Source of the DNA: Takakia lepidozioides | Lineage: Eukaryota > Plantae > Bryophyta | Length of the DNA stretch: 64,000 bases | Assembly: GCA_030704615.1 (NCBI GenBank) | Contig: CM060731.1 | Span: 52,080,001 to 52,144,000, forward strand | Direction of reading: 5' to 3' | Part shown: piece by piece, positions 61,620-64,000 of the stretch | Position numbering within the stretch: position 1 is the first letter of the stretch | How the letters are laid out: every line of letters begins with the position of its first letter | Translations under genes and position numbers: made by a program | Notes under the pieces: model-generated | What the model was told of the DNA's origin: nothing | The model's database searches: none | Seen by the model: the letters and a program-made list of their open reading frames with translations, nothing else

Positions 61620-64000
61620 CTCCGTGTTGACAAACTGACACTCAACCGGTCATGAACATGTCCCTAACCCCCTCTCCACAAGGTAACCGGGTAGAGAACC
61701 TGATGCGGCTTATGGTTTGGAATACTAGGTTCCTAACATAGCCTGCACCTGCATCCACTGCAAGAACTCCTATGGTTGGCTGGTCATCACCTCCAACCTC
61801 ACCACAAGAGAAACAAAGATGGTCTGACTGGTCATCAACCCAGCCTCACCATCGACAGCATGCTCTAGGGTTGGATTGGCGATCAAGCCCGAGTCAACCA
61901 CCTATAAAATCAAGCGCCCACACAAAACTAGCATGGCGCACAATCTAGCATGCAAGTGTGGAGGGGATCCAAACACAAGAATGAAAACAACAACCTCCCC
62001 ACACCAAAAACAACTCCACAATGTCGCTCCTGCAACCCTGCCCAAACCCGGACTGACTCTTGCCTCCACCTACGGAAAGGTCTCGGCCTACAGAGAAGGT
62101 GGAAAACTACGAGGAAGGGAAACTGAAGCAATGCCTATCCCCAGCACGCTCTCATCCCAACACCCTTTTTTTTCCTCTCTCTCACTTGCATGACCATGAG
62201 AGCATCCTATAGACACTCCTCAAACCGGCCTCCATGAGCTCATGAAACTTGGCCTCCAAGGCCCCATGCAAGCCTCCATAGGGTCCGCCAGTGCCTCCTT
62301 ACGTCCACCAGCCATTCCTCATAATAGAACCACCTCAGGAAACCACGCCGTTCACTGAAGGTTCAAAAATGGAGCAAATAGAGGTACATATAGGCCCCAA
62401 CAACATTCTGTCCAAAGGAATTACCTGCAGGCTAGTCTCCCCCATAGTTAAGAATTGGGCTGAAAACCCGAAAAGATTACCTGCAGGGAAGTAATCCCCT
62501 TTGTTAAAATGCAACAGGGAGGCAATTCCGACCTTTCTGCCGGATCAACTAGCTCAAAACCATTGTTCTTCAGAGCCCAGCCTCCCCATCAAGGTCCCAC
62601 GAAACGAGTGAAAAAAGATTTATTTATTTATTTATTTTTTCACTCTGCGTGTTCGCGGCCTTCCGTGGCTCTAACCGCCACGACTCCTCACGCCCCGCCC
62701 TAGGCGCTCGTTGGCCACGGGCTGCCCCGTGGTACCCCGTGGTACCACGCCCACGAGCCTTCACGGCCCGCCATCCCTACAATCTGGTCACCGTGCCATC
62801 CCGTTGTGTCCGCACCACGGCTTCCAACGGTCACGGTCAACAGTCACGGCCTGGGCTTGTGGTATCTCGTGATACCGCCCCCACGGCCAGTCACGGCCAC
62901 TGTTCCTTGCGTGCCCTGGAACTCCCAATGAATTCCCATACGTTCCCGAGGCGTTCCCGGGCGTTTCCCCTGCGTTCCTGAGCTCTCTCCGAGCTGGGGT
63001 TTGCTCCTGCACCTGCTGCCGCCAAGCTATGGCTTTTGTGAAGCCACCAGACCTGCTGCCATGCTCTCTTGGGCTCTCACGACCCACCAGAGGCACCCTA
63101 AACTCAACAAGCAAGCAATATGCTGCCCAACAAGCTCCATTTCTTCATGAAGCTCACAAAAACGAATCTGAAAATACACACCTTTACAAACTTGGTGCAC
63201 ATGCACTTCTCATGCATATCCCCTAGCTCTAGGATGCCTCGCTGCTGCCCTTCCAGCCCCGCTCTTGCCACTCCAAGAGCCCTTACACTACTGAGTTTCA
63301 GATTGAAACTCCAACTCAGCACATGCTTCATAAGTGCACTGATTTGCACAGAAGAGGGACGAGCCCCCTCTCTTCACTCATACCTCTTCATGAGCTTGGA
63401 GCTGAAGCTCCCAACGGGCTGGGATGCATCCCCTCGCAGCTCCACTATTTGGCTGCTCCTCATCTACCCGCAACAACTGATTTCGGGCAGAAATACCTGG
63501 AGCTGATCATATCATCTCCAACCTGCAACATGCTAGCTTCCCATGCGCAGCCCACATTCCTGCAGCTCCTTAACTCGGCCTAAAGCTGAAGAAGACGACC
63601 ACCAGTTCGCCCACTCATGGCCAGCATCTCCTCCGCTTCATACTAGAACTGCATACTCAGTTGCCATAGCGTTGAGCTATGCAACACTGACCGCCTCTCT
63701 ATCCATTGCAAACCTGCAACCTATTCGCCTTTGTACTCTATCCGCTTTGGATAGGGCTGAACCGCTTTTCATGATTTGAAAACACAAGTGCTACAACTAA
63801 CTCGAACCTGACACTCATAGGGCTCGAGCTAATCTTTATCGAGTGATAAAGAAAGAAAGATACAAGCACACAAGCTCTTTCAAACTCACATACTTGCACA
63901 TGAAAACATACTCATATATTAAGTCGAGCCAAGTGCACCCCACGCCATGGGGAATCCACACTACGGCGCCATAGCTAGACGCGGTGAGGCTCAACTCGAG

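Noticed and set aside
61700-64000. 5' LTR or PBS of the last gypsy fragment
   Set aside because: No LTR boundary or PBS identifiable within the window; short ORFs lack motifs

Overview
Eukaryotic transposon nest with no recognisable host gene; GT-AG introns, CAG>TAG decay and the retroelement types suggest a non-seed land plant such as a moss (inference). It holds (i) three families (A, B, C) of large Mutator/MULE-type DNA transposons with DDE, CxxH and SWIM motifs, A being present twice in inverted orientation; (ii) a young full-length chromovirus with 5-bp TSD inside A copy 2; (iii) rearranged pieces of a gypsy family carrying a long coiled-coil extra ORF; (iv) a gypsy element with a PHD finger on its integrase; (v) a non-autonomous CACTA and a 2-kb TG..CA insertion. 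The highlight is element B (~5.6-18.9 kb). Divergent from its transposase it carries a spliced gene encoding a ParB/Srx-like domain (DGNHRMLA) fused to a beta-class N4C/N6A DNA-methyltransferase-like domain. B's non-coding DNA, including that gene's introns, is studded with an element-specific palindrome (ATTTCGGCGCCGAAAT), which suggests a transposon-encoded self-recognition or anti-silencing system. Many frameshifts in the young elements look like consensus indel errors. All domain calls are by eye, without database searches.
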